From assembly GCA_963788305.1 (NCBI GenBank), contig CAWBGK010000020.1:81390-145389 (forward strand): a DNA stretch of 64,000 nucleotides, in the 5' to 3' direction. This DNA is from an uncultured Chloroflexia bacterium. GTDB taxonomy: Bacteria > Chloroflexota > Anaerolineae > Anaerolineales > UBA4823. Made by a program: the position numbers and the translations under genes. The notes under the pieces are model-generated. The model had not been told where the DNA came from. It did no database searches and saw nothing but the letters and a program-made list of their open reading frames with translations. The stretch's first letter is position 1. Each line of letters begins with the position of its first letter. Of the stretch, positions 23,060-35,310 are shown piece by piece.

Positions 23060-24742
23060 ATGAAAAAGACCTGGATCGGGATTCTTGTAGGAATGCTTCT
23101 TCTTTCGCTCCTCAAGCTTTGGCTAGTTGAGGCGCAGTCAGTGTATGTCCTGGCTTATGCCCTTCACGATGACGCCTTATTCCTGAAACTTGCTCAACAT
23201 TTATTAAAGGGTGAGTGGTTGGGACCTTACGATCAATTTACTCTGATCAAAGGTCCCTTCTATCCGATGTTCATTGCTGGCGTTCATGATCTGGGCGTCC
23301 GCCTCCTTTTCGCCCAGCATTTCTTGTACGTGTTTGCATGTTGGGTCCTGACAGCCGCCTTGATCCCCGCATTTAAGAAACCAGCCTTATTGCTGATCTT
23401 CTTTGGCGCACTCCTGTTCATCCCGGTCAGCTATGAAATCTCTACCTTTCGCGTCCTTCGCGAGGGCATCTACACATCGCTTGTGCTTCTGGTTTTGGGA
23501 TGCGCCTTTGGTCTGGCGCTTCGCCCTGCATCAGCATGGACCAGACTTTGGCCCTGGGCTTTCGGGCTTGGGCTATCCCTCTCCGCTTTCTGGCTCACGC
23601 GCGAGGAAGGGATCTGGCTTCTTCCATCCCTTGGGCTGATCATCGCCCTTGCAGTTTATCAAAGCAAAAGGTGCGGTTTGTGGGCCTGGAAAAGCAGGCT
23701 TGCGCTTTGGCTGGGTGTGCTTGCGATCCCGGTTGTTTGCGTATGGATGGTTTCAGCCGCGAACATGCAGAATTATGGTGTTTTCGCAAAGACCGAATAC
23801 GATTCAGCGGTCTTCAAATCAGCTTACGGCTCGTTGACCCGCGTCAAAGCTGGAATCCGCCGTCAACAGGTCCCTGTGACCCGCAAAGTACGGATGAACA
23901 TCTATGATGTCAGCCCGACATTCGCTGAGCTTCACCCCTACCTTGAAGGACAGATTGGCAAGGGATGGGGAGAGTTCGGTAATAAAAATCCGCAGAATGT
24001 TAATGAAATTTTGGGTGGTTGGTTTATGTGGGCTTTTCGAGATTCGGTCTCACACGCCGGATATTATTCTAAGGGCAAATTCCCTGAGGATTTCTACCTT
24101 AAAATGACGGATGAGATCGAGACTGCCTGCAGAAAAGGATTTTTGTCCTGTTATCCACCTCGTTCCTCGATGATACCCCCTGTTTTGATTGAAGACATGC
24201 GCCCGCTAGCACATTATTTTCAGGATGATTTGCTGAGCATCCTTCGATATGAAGCCTTTCTCATCGATTGTCCAGCCTACACCCCTGATCCAGATCATGA
24301 TGCCTCGATATTTCCACGGCTGACCGGCGAAGAGTCCTGCAGAACCAGCGAAGAGCTGGCTTCAATCCCTTTTCCGCTGCCAGAACGGGAACGGTTAAAA
24401 GGCATTAAAATGACAATCCTGCACGGCATTCTGGATTCTTTCCAAAGCTTCCACTTGCCCCTGGCGATAATCGCCCTGCCAGCATATGCGGCGCTTTTTC
24501 TGCTCCAATTCAAGAGAAAAAGAATGCTCGACAGTTGGGCTGTTGCATCCATATTTTTGACCGGAGCGCTGACCCGGATTCTTTTGGTCGCCCTCTTTCA
24601 GCTGACATCCTACCCCAATTTCACGGTCGGGTACATGGCGCCAGCCTATCCGCTGCTCTTAGGATGGTGCACGCTATCAATTCTGGGTCTGATCTCCGAA
24701 TGGATGCTGCCTGATCCGGTTCTTTCAACCGCCAGTTCTTGA
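23060..24742 (+). CDS. GT-C-like polytopic membrane protein
   Basis: HDDALF, KGPFYPMF, LREG, LTREE motifs; many TM helices; ATG 23060 preferred to GTG 22862. Confidence 0.65.
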   Translation: MKKTWIGILVGMLLLSLLKLWLVEAQSVYVLAYALHDDALFLKLAQHLLKGEWLGPYDQFTLIKGPFYPMFIAGVHDLGVRLLFAQHFLYVFACWVLTAALIPAFKKPALLLIFFGALLFIPVSYEISTFRVLREGIYTSLVLLVLGCAFGLALRPASAWTRLWPWAFGLGLSLSAFWLTREEGIWLLPSLGLIIALAVYQSKRCGLWAWKSRLALWLGVLAIPVVCVWMVSAANMQNYGVFAKTEYDSAVFKSAYGSLTRVKAGIRRQQVPVTRKVRMNIYDVSPTFAELHPYLEGQIGKGWGEFGNKNPQNVNEILGGWFMWAFRDSVSHAGYYSKGKFPEDFYLKMTDEIETACRKGFLSCYPPRSSMIPPVLIEDMRPLAHYFQDDLLSILRYEAFLIDCPAYTPDPDHDASIFPRLTGEESCRTSEELASIPFPLPERERLKGIKMTILHGILDSFQSFHLPLAIIALPAYAALFLLQFKRKRMLDSWAVASIFLTGALTRILLVALFQLTSYPNFTVGYMAPAYPLLLGWCTLSILGLISEWMLPDPVLSTASS

Positions 24743-24816
24743 AGCAATAAAAAACTTCCTCACGAAAATAGCTCCTCGCAATCCAACCCCAGCTCTCTTC
24801 AGCGGGCATCTTTCGA

Positions 24817-25080
24817 TCACCTGGCTGCGTGCTGATCCATTCTCCTCTCCACCATTTCCGCGAGCTGGCCGATTGTGTCAAACACATCCATGTTCAGCTC
24901 TGTATCATCAATGTGCACTCCAAAAACCTCGTCAATAAAAACCGCCAGGTCCACAAGGTGGAACGAATCGATCAAACCGCTGGAGATCAATGGGTCGTCG
25001 CGTTCTAATTCGAATTTCGGCCGTTTCAAAACCTGGGTGCGGATATACTCTGCCAGTTTTTCTTCGATTTCTGCTCTCAT
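24817..25080 (-). CDS. Acyl carrier protein
   Basis: 87 aa acidic protein with GLIDSFHLVDL phosphopantetheine site; abuts the AMP-ligase stop. Confidence 0.9.
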   Translation of the reverse strand: MRAEIEEKLAEYIRTQVLKRPKFELERDDPLISSGLIDSFHLVDLAVFIDEVFGVHIDDTELNMDVFDTIGQLAEMVERRMDQHAAR

Positions 25081-26857
25081 TATTCACCTCGTAACTGCGG
25101 GGAATCTCCTGTCTGCAGCGGTCCATCTTCCAAAGCACTCTCCTGCAGATACTTCTCCCGGTTCGCCGAGCGAGAGATTTTCCCGCTGGATGTCTTTATT
25201 AGCCAGCTCCGCTCGACAAACCAGATCTCTGAAAGCGCAATTTCGCTTTGCTGGACCACACGACGGCGAAGCTCTACCTCGAGTTTCTTTCTTTCGCTTC
25301 TGCTCAGGCGCCCATCCTCCAATTCGCAAACCATCACAATGTTTTCCGAGCCGAGCGTCTGGTCGAACAGACCAAATGCAGCGCTGCGTCCAGGGATGAT
25401 CCCGGGAATCTCGTTAGCAATCGCCTCTAAATCCTGCGGATAGATGTTTTTTCCGCCCACGATGATCAAGTCTTTTTTTCGACCTGTGATAAAAAGCTCT
25501 CCCATCTGCAAGATAGCCCATATCGCCAGTGTGATACCAGCCGTCCTGGATGGTTTCTTGGGTGACATCAGGTCGGCGGTAATAACCGCTTAACATGCAG
25601 TTGCTGCGTAAGGCGATCTCACCAATCTGCCGCTCCTGGAGCAGTTTGCCGTCAGAATCCAGAATACGAATCTCCGTCCCGGAAATTGGAAAACCGCAGC
25701 TCACCATCGCCGTTGAGCCTCCCTCGTCTGCCGGTCCCGGAGCTGCCTTCTGCTCCTTTTGAAGGATGGAAGTTCTCACCCAATCCACCCGGACGGATTT
25801 CCCTACCGGATATTGTGTGACGGCAAATGTGTTCTCTGCCATCGCGTAGCATGTCGAAAGCGCAGCTTGATTTACACCAATAGCGGAAAATTTCTCGAAG
25901 AATATCCTGATGGCTCTGCAGATGAACTGGCTCTGAACAGTTGATGAAGGCGCGCATGCTGGAAAGGTCAATGCCGGATAAATCCCGAGGCCGGATCACC
26001 CGCGCCGAATGATTGTAGGCAAAATTGGGCATCCAGCATAAAGTCCCTTTTTCACGCTGGATCACCTGGAAGAGGACCTTTGGATCTCGCACCCATTTGA
26101 AAGGCGACATTAACACCAGGGGGATACCGGCGACCAGCGGCATCAAAAATCCGGCGATCAACCCCATATCATGATAAAGCGGCAGCCAGCTGACAACGAC
26201 GTCATCAGGCTTTAAATCGATCGCCCTGCTGTACGATTCGATTTGATTCAACACCGCCCGATGGGAAAGCGCGACACCTTTCTGCAATCCAGTCGTTCCA
26301 CTGCTGTGTTGCAGAAAAGCGGTCTTGTCGCCGGAAAAATCGGGCCATACTCGTTCTTGATAATCCCCAACCGCTTTCCTGATGACTTCATCCGTGCCGA
26401 GCACTGCACACCCTGCATCGGCAAGAAGACTTGCCAGCTCAGCCTTAAACTCAGGAGAAGTGATCACTGCCCTGGCCTGAGAGATTTTCACCAGCTCTCT
26501 CACTCGTGTCATGTAGATTTGAGGATCTAGTTTTTCAGTCAAGAAAGGGAAAATCGAGCCGATTGCTCCCAGGTACATCGCTCCCCAGAACGCGTACAGC
26601 AAATCCAGCTCATGGCGCAGCACCAGGATGACCAGGTCGTCCTCGCGTACACCAGCAGCCTGCAAAGCCACTGCATACCGCGCCGACTGGTGATGGAGCT
26701 CTGCTGCAGAGATCCGAAGCTCGCTCTGATCCTCGTTAAGGAAAACCAAAACCGGGTGCTCAGGGCTGCTCCTGGCGCGCTCCTGGATGGGCTGAGTCAG
26801 GGTATGGCAGGATCCAATCCGCAGGATTTCTGGCGATTTATCCTTTGTTGCTCTCAC
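25080..26857 (-). CDS. Fatty acyl-AMP ligase (FAAL)-like adenylating enzyme, split by indels
   Basis: FLQHSSGTTGLQKGV, SWLPLYHDMGLI, YAMAE, HTGDMG, GRKKDLII, KTSSGK over three frames. Confidence 0.88.
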
Positions 26858-26914
26858 AGGAAGGAGATTTTATCACAACCCAGACATCGCCTTCCAATCT
26901 GAAATTCTTGGTTT

Positions 26915-26923
26915 TGATATAAT
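26915..26923 (+). promoter_or_regulatory. Extended -10 promoter
   Basis: TGATATAAT in the divergent gap before the GT cluster. Confidence 0.5.
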
Positions 26924-26977
26924 CATTCCAAACCCTTGCTGAATGTCCTTCGGCGCCGAAAGTTGTCCAGGAATAGT

Positions 26978-28031
26978 ATGCCGGCTTTCATCCATGAATC
27001 CGATCCGCTCGTATCGATTGTCGTCCTGAACTGGAATGGGGCGCTCATCTTGCCTCGCTGCTTGAATGCGATCGCGGCGCAGACATTCCAGGACTTCGAA
27101 GTGATCGTTGCAGACAACGCCTCAACCGACGGGTCGGCAGAAGAGATCGAAAAACGCTGGCCGGGCTTCAAGGTCATACGTTTTGATCAGAACCTGGGAT
27201 TTGCCTTGGGAAACAACCGCGCCGCCTCCGAGGCGAAAGGTCGCTGGCTTGCATTCGTGAATAACGACGCGTTTCCAGACCCCGATTGGTTGGGATGCAT
27301 CATGAAGGCTGCCCAGACAAATCCGGGTTTTTCGTTTTTCAGCTCTCGATTGGTGTACGCGGACCAGCCTGATCGGGTTCAAAGCAGCGGAGATATCTAC
27401 AATATCAGCGGATTTGCCTGGTCGCGGGACAATCATTGTCCGGTCGAGCAGGCGCACCTCGACCCGGATGAGGTTTTTAGCCCCTCCGCAGCTGCAGCGG
27501 TTTACTTAAGCGATGCGTTTATCGAAGCAGGTGGATTTACCCGGCGCTTCACCAGCCACCATGAGGACGTCGACCTTGGTTTCCGCCTTCGACTGCTGGG
27601 ATATCGCTGTCTATTATGTCCCAGGCGCTGTTGTCCCTCACCTGGGGTCAGCCAGTTACGGGAAAGAAAGCAACCGGACTGTTTATCAAGTTCAGCGAAA
27701 TGTGGTCTGGGCGTATTTTGTCAATATGCCAGGCGTTCTTTTTTGGAAGTATCTACCCGCTCATCTGCTTGCCAACTTTGTCTTTATAATTTACTATACG
27801 CTCCGCCGGCAAGCTGGCCCGGTCTGGAAAGCCAAATGGGACGCCCTTCGCACCCTGCGCGAGACGCTTCATGAACGCACGCGGATCCAGAAAATCCGGC
27901 GGGTAGAGCCCAAAGAGATTGACCGGATTCTCAATCACAATTGGTTGGCGCCGTTTTTGCTTGGCAGGCGAACCCGTGCAGTCCGCTCGCGCTTCAATCC
28001 TACCAGTGAGAGAAGAAATAAACCGAGATGA
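26978..28031 (+). CDS. Glycosyltransferase family 2 (indel near 27615)
   Basis: VSIVVLNWNG, DNASTD, NLGFA.GNN, HEDVDLGFR. Confidence 0.9.
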
Positions 28032-29526
28032 ATTTCCGGTACCAGATCCCAACCGGTGTGCGATCGGACCAAAGCCGCGGGCAGATCTTTTTGAAAACCC
28101 GAGAAGGTGGCCGCGTCTGGGTCGACAAGTCAGTCCTTCGTCTCTGGCATGCTGCCGACGGCATCGGTCCGGATGATGTTCTGAGCCTGCTCCACCCGAA
28201 ACCAGCCGAACGATTGCAGATCCTTGCCGGGTTGGCCTGCCTCGCAGAAGCGGGCTTGCTCCTAAGAGACGGTCTGCCTGTCCCAGCCAATCGCATCTCC
28301 GTCCAGCAAGGTGAGCTGGTGTCCGTTGTGGTCGTCAGCTATAACAGCCAATCCTGGCTCCCCGCCTGCCTTGACTCCCTGGCAAAGCAGAGTTACACGC
28401 CTGTTGAAATCATCCTGGTGGACAATGGCTCGAAGGACGGCTCGGCGGATTGGGTCGAGGGGCAGCACCCGGAGCTCAGGCTGATTCGCCTGGGGCAAAC
28501 CGAGCCTCTGGCGAGAGCCTTGAACCTCGGCATGCAGGCTGCCAGTGGGAAGTACTATTCTTCTGTTGAACCCTGATGTCCAGGTCGAACCGGATGCAGT
28601 CGCCCATTTGGTGCACAAGGCAGCCTCCAATCCGCGTTGTGCGGCAGTTGCAGCCAAACTGCGCATGCTTTGGACGCCGGCGTTCCTGAACGGTCTTGGG
28701 AACCAGGTCGGCGCGATATCCTGGGGTACGGATATCGGATTGGGCCATCTGGATCTTGGACAATTCGCCGGATGGGACGAAATCCCTTCCGCCTGTTTTG
28801 CAGCCGCCTTGATCCCCTCCCGGGCTGTTCGAGACGATTGGGCCGCTGGACGAAGGTTTTTCGATGTATTATGAAGACAGCGAATGGTGCTACCGGGCGC
28901 GGCTCTCCGGATTTTCTATCCACGCCGCACCGGCAGCTGTTGTCTACCACGCCTTTGGCAGCCGGCAAGCACAGGACAGCACGGATATGCTGGGTCCGGC
29001 AAAAATCCGCCGGGTTACTTCAGGGAGATTGCGTTTTATCACCCGCATCAACGGCGCTTTATATTTTTGGACCTTTTTTTTGAGCTATGCGCTGGAAGAC
29101 TTCCTTCGTTCCCTTTTTTATTTGATCCGCGGCCGTGGTGGGATGGTGCGCTCGATATTTCAGGGTTGGGTAGACTATTTCCAATCTCTCTCCGGGCTGC
29201 TTAAGCAGCGAAGAACAATCCAGGCAAACCGCCGCATGGATGACCAGGAGCTGTATCATTTGCAGAGGCAATATCGCCCGTCCCCCGGATATTCGCCGGT
29301 TCTCCTCAGCTGACCTGGGAAGCCATCTGTGGTGAATATCTGTCTTTAATTCTTGCTGGTCGAACGAACGAATTCCCGGAATTTTCAAATGAGCGGTCCG
29401 GCGAGCAGCCTGTTTCCAGGCCAGGACTTGTTCAAACAGCCTGTCCGCGTTTGGAAAACCGAAGGATTAGGCGGGATGCTCCGCTGGATCGGCCGGCGCA
29501 TCCAATGGAGACTGATGCAGCCATAA
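28028..29526 (+). CDS. Glycosyltransferase family 2 with N-terminal extension, split by indels
   Basis: VSVVVVSYN, DNGSKD, LLNPD, MYYEDSEWCYR in successive frames. Confidence 0.85.
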
Positions 29527-29559
29527 CCAGGCAGAGCAACTGGAGCGGACAAGGAAAAG

Positions 29560-30687
29560 ATGAAAATTGGCATCGACTGCACGTCGCTACCCCCGAACCC
29601 GGTCGGGGCGGGAAATTACATCATCCAGCTCGTCAGGGCAGTCACGGCTTTCCCCAGCCAGCATGAATTTGTGATTTTTGCCCAGCAGAGAGGCCGCGCC
29701 CTGATCGGCGAGTTGCCTGGAGATCGGGTGCAGTGGGCTCTTTCAACCGACATGCCGCCCGCTCTGCGATTGCTGTGGGAGCAGGTCCGGCTCCCTCGAG
29801 CGGCATCCTCTGCCGGGATCGATCTGCTCCACTCTCTGCACTATACCCGGCCAAGGTTCCTCTCCTGCGCTTCTGTTGTCACTTTCCACGACATGACCTT
29901 CTTCCTCTACCCCGAGCTCCATACTCGCTCAAAAAGGATATTTTTCCCCTGGGCAATCCGGATGAGCGCTCGCCGCTCAGAGGCTATAATCTCCGATTCC
30001 GAAAGCACGCGCCGCGATGCAATCCGTATCCTCGGCATTCCTCCGGAGAAGATCGTCGCTGTCCCGCTTGGCATCAGCGAGGAATTCAAGCCGATTGCAG
30101 ACACCCGTCTTTTGGATTCAATCCGCAAGAAATATCACCTCCCCGAGAGGTTCATCCTCTTTGTCGGGCTGATCGAGCCGCGCAAGAACCTGCCGCTTCT
30201 GCTGCGCGCCTACGCCCGCCTGGTAGAGCGCGAAGACCCTCCACCCTTGGTGCTTGCGGGACGGTTGGGTTGGGATTCTGGTCCTTTTTTCCAGCTGATC
30301 GAAGATCTCAAGCTGAAGCAGAACATCCATCTCCCGGGCTATATCCCGGCCGTGGATCTGCCGGTCCTTTACAATTTAGCCCAGATCTTTGTCTACCCAT
30401 CGTCCTATGAGGGATTTGGCTTCCCGCCGCTGGAAGCAATGGCCTGCGGCACACCTGTGATCACCACCGCGGTCTCAGCCATGTTGGATAATGTCGGAGA
30501 CGCCGGGCTGCTGGTGCCTCCCCAGGATGAGGAGGCTCTTGTCTCAGCGCTGCATGAGCTGCTGGAAAATCCAGGTCTTCGTGAGCAGTTTTCCAGCGCG
30601 GGCATTCGACGTGCTGGCGAGTTCACCTGGCAGAGGACGGCAGAAGAAACCATCCAGGTCTATGAGAAAGCCAGCAGATCAAAATGA
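29560..30687 (+). CDS. Glycosyltransferase family 4 (WbaZ/MtfA-like)
   Basis: TFHD, EPRKN, YEGFGFPPLEAMACG. Confidence 0.95.
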   Translation: MKIGIDCTSLPPNPVGAGNYIIQLVRAVTAFPSQHEFVIFAQQRGRALIGELPGDRVQWALSTDMPPALRLLWEQVRLPRAASSAGIDLLHSLHYTRPRFLSCASVVTFHDMTFFLYPELHTRSKRIFFPWAIRMSARRSEAIISDSESTRRDAIRILGIPPEKIVAVPLGISEEFKPIADTRLLDSIRKKYHLPERFILFVGLIEPRKNLPLLLRAYARLVEREDPPPLVLAGRLGWDSGPFFQLIEDLKLKQNIHLPGYIPAVDLPVLYNLAQIFVYPSSYEGFGFPPLEAMACGTPVITTAVSAMLDNVGDAGLLVPPQDEEALVSALHELLENPGLREQFSSAGIRRAGEFTWQRTAEETIQVYEKASRSK

Positions 30688-31582
30688 GCGCACCGGTCCT
30701 TTCTATCTGCATTGTCACATACAAGTCCCGGGATTTACTTTGTGATTGCCTGAAATCGATTTCCGAGAACACGCGGCTCTCCTGGGAATCAATCGTGGTG
30801 GATAACGGCTCAAACGATGGGGTTGGCCAGCTGCTCGCCCAGGAATACCCGGATGTGCGCTTTATCCAGAATGACGCCAACCTTGGTTATACCCGTCCAA
30901 TGAATCAGGCCCTCCGGCAGGGGCAGGGCCGCTTTTTGATGCAGCTCAACCCGGATACACAGATCCTTCCAGAAACGTTGGATACGATGGTCGCGTTTAT
31001 GGAAGAACACCCGGAGATTGGCGTGATGGGCCCAAAAGTGCTGAACCGAGACCGACACTCTCCAGAAATCGTGCCGGCGCGGCGAGTCCACACCCTGGGC
31101 AGTGATCACTTACTTCCTCGGCCTTTCCAGATTATTTCCATCCAGCCAGCTCTTCGGCAAATACCAGCTCAACTATCTGGATGAGGACGAAACCTGCCCG
31201 GTTGCGGGCGTCGCCGGCTCCTGCATGCTGATCCGCCGTGAGCTGATTGAGCAGATCGGGTATCTGGACGAGCGGTTCTTTGCCTACCAGGAAGACGCCG
31301 ATTTCTGCTTCCAGGCCCGTAAGGCAGGCTGGCAGGTCTTCTATTACCCAAAAGCCCAGATTATCCATTATGGCGGAGAAGGCGGCTCCAAAGAACGAGC
31401 CGTATCGCTCGATCTTCGCCTGGCATCGGTCTTATTTCCTTTATTACCAGAAAAACCTTGCCAGAAACTACTTCTTCCTGTTCAACTGGCTTTATTATCT
31501 GGCGATGTTCATCAAGCTTTTAGTCTCTTTGGTAGTAAACTTCTTGCGTAAAGAGAAAATCGTCAGCGCCCGCCGGCCCTGA
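30684..31582 (+). CDS. GT2, WbbL-like rhamnosyltransferase, split by indels
   Basis: SICIVTY, QLNPD, GSCML, LDERFFAYQEDAD. Confidence 0.85.
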
Positions 31583-31648
31583 AGCATTTCTGGAGGCTAT
31601 TTGAAATAAAGCGTGGTTCATAGCCTCTGGCGGAATAACCTGTCTATC

Positions 31649-32707
31649 ATGTTATTTAATTCGATCAACATCATCTTTATTTTCGAAACCCTGCTGGCAG
31701 CATTGCTGACTTCACTGGTAGCCGCGATCGTCAGCATTCAGCTTGCCAGGCGAACCCGCTTGATCGATCAGCCGGGCAGCGCTCCTCACAAGCAGCATCG
31801 CCATCCCGTCCCTCTGGCGGGCGGCTTCGCGCTTCTTCTCACAATCCTGATCAACGGCTTGTTTTTAGGCTCTTTTCATCAGCCTGCTGTCAGGGCAGCC
31901 TTGATATCGGCAGTCCCTATCTTCGTATTCGGCCTTTGGGACGATTACCGGGGCCTTTCGCCAGCGGGTAAATTGGTTGGCCAGTTAATCGCAGCAGTCA
32001 TCCTGATCCAGCAAGGGATTTATATCAAGATATTCGAATCACCGGAATTCTTTTTTTATGGGACCGGCGGGGTGTACCTTTTTCTGGATTGGGCGCTCAC
32101 CGTGCTCTGGGTGGTCGGAATCACGAATGCCTTTAATTTTGTCGACAGCATGGACGGTCTCGCGGTAGGATTGGCAGGGATGGCGGCATCTTTCTTCATG
32201 CTTGTAACGCTGGCTTCCGGACAGTTACACCTCGCCCAGCACAGCGCGATGCTGATCGGAGCATGCATCGGTCTCTATTTCTTCAATTCCCCGCCTGCGC
32301 TTCTTTTCCTGGGAGATTCTGGCGCCCAGCTTCTTGGTTTTCTGCTGGCTGTCCTTGGGATCAGCTACGCGCCTCAGGGCGTCAACCAGTCCTCATCTTG
32401 GTTCGTCCCGGTCATGCTGCTCAGTGTGCCAATTTTCGACGCATCGCTTGTGATCCTTTCACGCCTTCGGCGCGGCAAGCCGGTCTATCATGCCGCCCTG
32501 GATCACACCTATCATCGCCTGCTTCGGCTGGGGTTGCCTTCCAACCGTGCCGTGCTGGTGATGCAGGTGGTCTCGCTGACGCTGGGCTGCCTGGCTTTTA
32601 TCAGCTTGATCCAACCGCCGTCCATCGCAAACTTGATTTTCATGACCTTGATCCTCATCGGGGGGCTCGCCCTGGCCTTGCTTGATCGGCGCGCATTTTG
32701 GGTATAA
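31649..32707 (+). CDS. Undecaprenyl-phosphate GlcNAc-1-P transferase (WecA/TagO, MraY family)
   Basis: GLWDD, NAFNFVDSMDGL, FLGDSG, HTYHRL. Confidence 0.93.
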   Translation: MLFNSINIIFIFETLLAALLTSLVAAIVSIQLARRTRLIDQPGSAPHKQHRHPVPLAGGFALLLTILINGLFLGSFHQPAVRAALISAVPIFVFGLWDDYRGLSPAGKLVGQLIAAVILIQQGIYIKIFESPEFFFYGTGGVYLFLDWALTVLWVVGITNAFNFVDSMDGLAVGLAGMAASFFMLVTLASGQLHLAQHSAMLIGACIGLYFFNSPPALLFLGDSGAQLLGFLLAVLGISYAPQGVNQSSSWFVPVMLLSVPIFDASLVILSRLRRGKPVYHAALDHTYHRLLRLGLPSNRAVLVMQVVSLTLGCLAFISLIQPPSIANLIFMTLILIGGLALALLDRRAFWV

Positions 32708-32733
32708 TTCCTTGAATTTGAGGCGCCTCAAGA

Positions 32734-33793
32734 ATGTCAAATGAGTGGTCTCTTCGCGATGAGATCCTGAAAGCCACCCAAAGCTGGCCCTGGTTGGTTC
32801 TGTTATGCGCGGCAGGCGCCTCTGATGGGTTGGGCTATCTCTATGGTCTGGCCAACCCCCCATCGTGCGACCCGAGAGCTTTACGTTGGCTTAAACATCT
32901 ATCATTCATTGGACGGCGGTCAAAACTTCAGCGAATCTGCTGGCGTCCAGGTGGTGAATGCCAACGATTTCAAGAACTGGCAGATGGCAAGCCTTAACAA
33001 CCTGATTTTAATGGACAGCGTGATCGATGAGACGTTAAAACGACTGCAGGACCTCGATCCCTACTGGTCAACCGTCAGCCGGACAGATCTGGCTGCCGCG
33101 CTGCATGTATACTGGCGAAACGCCGGCAAATGGCGGTTGGTAGCCGAGAATCCAGACCCAATCCGAGCGAGCCAGGCCGCCGCCGTCTGGCAGGATGTCG
33201 TGCTGGAACAAGTGCATGCTGCCGTACTGGAAGCTCAGCAGGCGCTCGTTTTGGAATTTCAGCTCCACTCGCTGACGGATCAATCTGCCCAAAATCTCGC
33301 GACGATCAAGAGTTTAAAGCGGACGATCCTTGCGTTGGAAGAATGGCAGATCGAGCTGGACGACCGGTCGCCTGAAGCGGTCATCGACGCTTCCGAGTCC
33401 TGGCTGATCTGGCGGCTGATCACTAGGGCTGACTCAGCTCCAGAATGGGAACCCTTCCTTGATCAATATCCCTCTGCAGGTGCGTCCGCCCGGAGTTATC
33501 TCGAGTGGATCGGGCAGGCTCTCCCGCTTTTTGAAGGTGAAATCCGAATCCTCGAAGGGCAGCTTCAGGATCTTAAAGCCCAGGAACAGGAAGCAAGCGC
33601 CTTGTTTGCAGAGGCATCCCAAAAAAGCCTGGGGCTTTCCGCCACCCTGGATGTGGATCGGTTATCCGGGACCCCAATCCGACCGTCGGTCACGCGCCCG
33701 ACCGGGCTGCTCATGCTGTTCGGGAGCCTGGCAGGTCTGGTCGTATGGTTGGCCTGCTGGTTCAGCAAAATAAGCCTGCGAGGCGTTTCATGA
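32734..33793 (+). CDS. Wzz/polysaccharide co-polymerase-like protein, copy 1 (indel near 32820)
   Basis: N- and C-terminal TM helices around a coiled-coil region, Pro/Gly-rich segment before the last TM. Confidence 0.7.
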
Positions 33794-35310
33794 GCACAGG
33801 AATGCTGAACAAAACCTGGATCTGGCTTGAAAAAGCTGCCTGGGCTGCAGTGTTGTTTTTTTTGCCGGTGACGAGCTTCCCATACTTCCCAAATGCGGTC
33901 GGCGGCGAGGCGCTCGTACGACCGCTTTCGCTCTATCCGCTCGTGTTTTTGATCCTTTTTTCAATCATTCCAAAGCTTTTCCGTAAACCGCTCCCAAAAA
34001 ACTTCCTCCCGCTGCTTTTTTTTATCCTGGTCGCGGTTGGTGCGTCGTTACTATCCCTTGTTAGGAGCATTGAGCCGGCGTTGGGGGTCTCAGTGGATTC
34101 GCGCGTCCTGCGCGGGGTTTCCACCCTCGCGATCGGCTGTGCCTTTTTTGTCACGCTTTCGATCCTCCCACAAAGCCCGGCCGACCTGAGGTTTTCGTTG
34201 CGCTGGATTTACGCGGGGATCGGCGCAGCAATGCTCTGGGGATCGGCTCAGGCCTACAATATCCTCGCCCCAAATCCCGAATACTTCGCATTTCTCGAGA
34301 AAGTCCAGCGCCATATCTCCACCCGCCGGCTGCTTCCTGAAAGGATTTCTGGGATGACGTACGAGCCTCATTGGTTCGCAGAGCAGATCATTCTGCTCCT
34401 GATCCCTTACGCTCTGGCGGCAGTGCTGATTGATACCTCTGCATTCAAGCGGCGCTGGCGGCGCCTGTCTGTTGAATGGTTCCTTCTTGGATGGGCCTTG
34501 GTCCTGCTTCCTTTCACTTACTCGAGAGCCGGGCTGATAAACTTGATCGTCGTGCTCTTCCTTGCGATCCCGCTTTTTCGACCCAGGCGGACCGAGAACA
34601 AGGTAGCAGCCGGAAGTTATTCAAAATCTCGTCCATGGATGCGTCGGATCGCGGAGATCAGCCTGCTCGCGGTTGTTGTTGCCGCTTTGATTTTCAGTAT
34701 CGGCGGTAGAAACCCTTTTTTCGCCCGAATTTGGGGCTACTGGATGACGCCCAACCCCAACCTGCAAGGGTATTTAAGCTATCTTGGTTTTGACGCCCGC
34801 CTGGTTTACGCCCAGGCCGCCTATAACACCTATCAGGCCCATCCCCTTTCCGGGGTCGGGCTGGGTAATTATGCCTTCTATTTTGAGGAGATGCTGCCCT
34901 ACCGCCCAATCGCCGAGGTCCCCGAAATCCTCCTGATGATTACACCAGAAATCGGGCGCGATCGATTGATTACTTCCAAGAACTTCTTCCTGCGCATCCT
35001 GGCCGAAACCGGGATCATCGGTTGGATCGCGTTCCTCGCTTTCTTTGTCGTCTGCGTCGGCTACGCCATTTATCTCTGGCTGTCGCCGGAAAAAGAATGG
35101 AAATACTGGGGTATGGCAAGCCTGATCGGCTTGATCGCTTTTAGTTTATCTGCCCTGACTTTTGACTCATTCGTCATTCCCAACATGTGGGTTCTCCTGG
35201 GACTGGTGACTGCGGCGACCCGTATCGCCAGCCGCAAAGACCTTCCCCTGAAGAATCCCTCTGAAAGAAACAATGAACCGAACCTGGAACCTGCGCGAAG
35301 AACTGTATAA
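33790..35310 (+). CDS. O-antigen ligase family (Wzy_C/WaaL-like) protein, copy 1
   Basis: RISGMTYEP, TYSRAG, GVGLGNY, LAETGIIG; about 12 TM. Confidence 0.85.
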   Translation: MSTGMLNKTWIWLEKAAWAAVLFFLPVTSFPYFPNAVGGEALVRPLSLYPLVFLILFSIIPKLFRKPLPKNFLPLLFFILVAVGASLLSLVRSIEPALGVSVDSRVLRGVSTLAIGCAFFVTLSILPQSPADLRFSLRWIYAGIGAAMLWGSAQAYNILAPNPEYFAFLEKVQRHISTRRLLPERISGMTYEPHWFAEQIILLLIPYALAAVLIDTSAFKRRWRRLSVEWFLLGWALVLLPFTYSRAGLINLIVVLFLAIPLFRPRRTENKVAAGSYSKSRPWMRRIAEISLLAVVVAALIFSIGGRNPFFARIWGYWMTPNPNLQGYLSYLGFDARLVYAQAAYNTYQAHPLSGVGLGNYAFYFEEMLPYRPIAEVPEILLMITPEIGRDRLITSKNFFLRILAETGIIGWIAFLAFFVVCVGYAIYLWLSPEKEWKYWGMASLIGLIAFSLSALTFDSFVIPNMWVLLGLVTAATRIASRKDLPLKNPSERNNEPNLEPARRTV

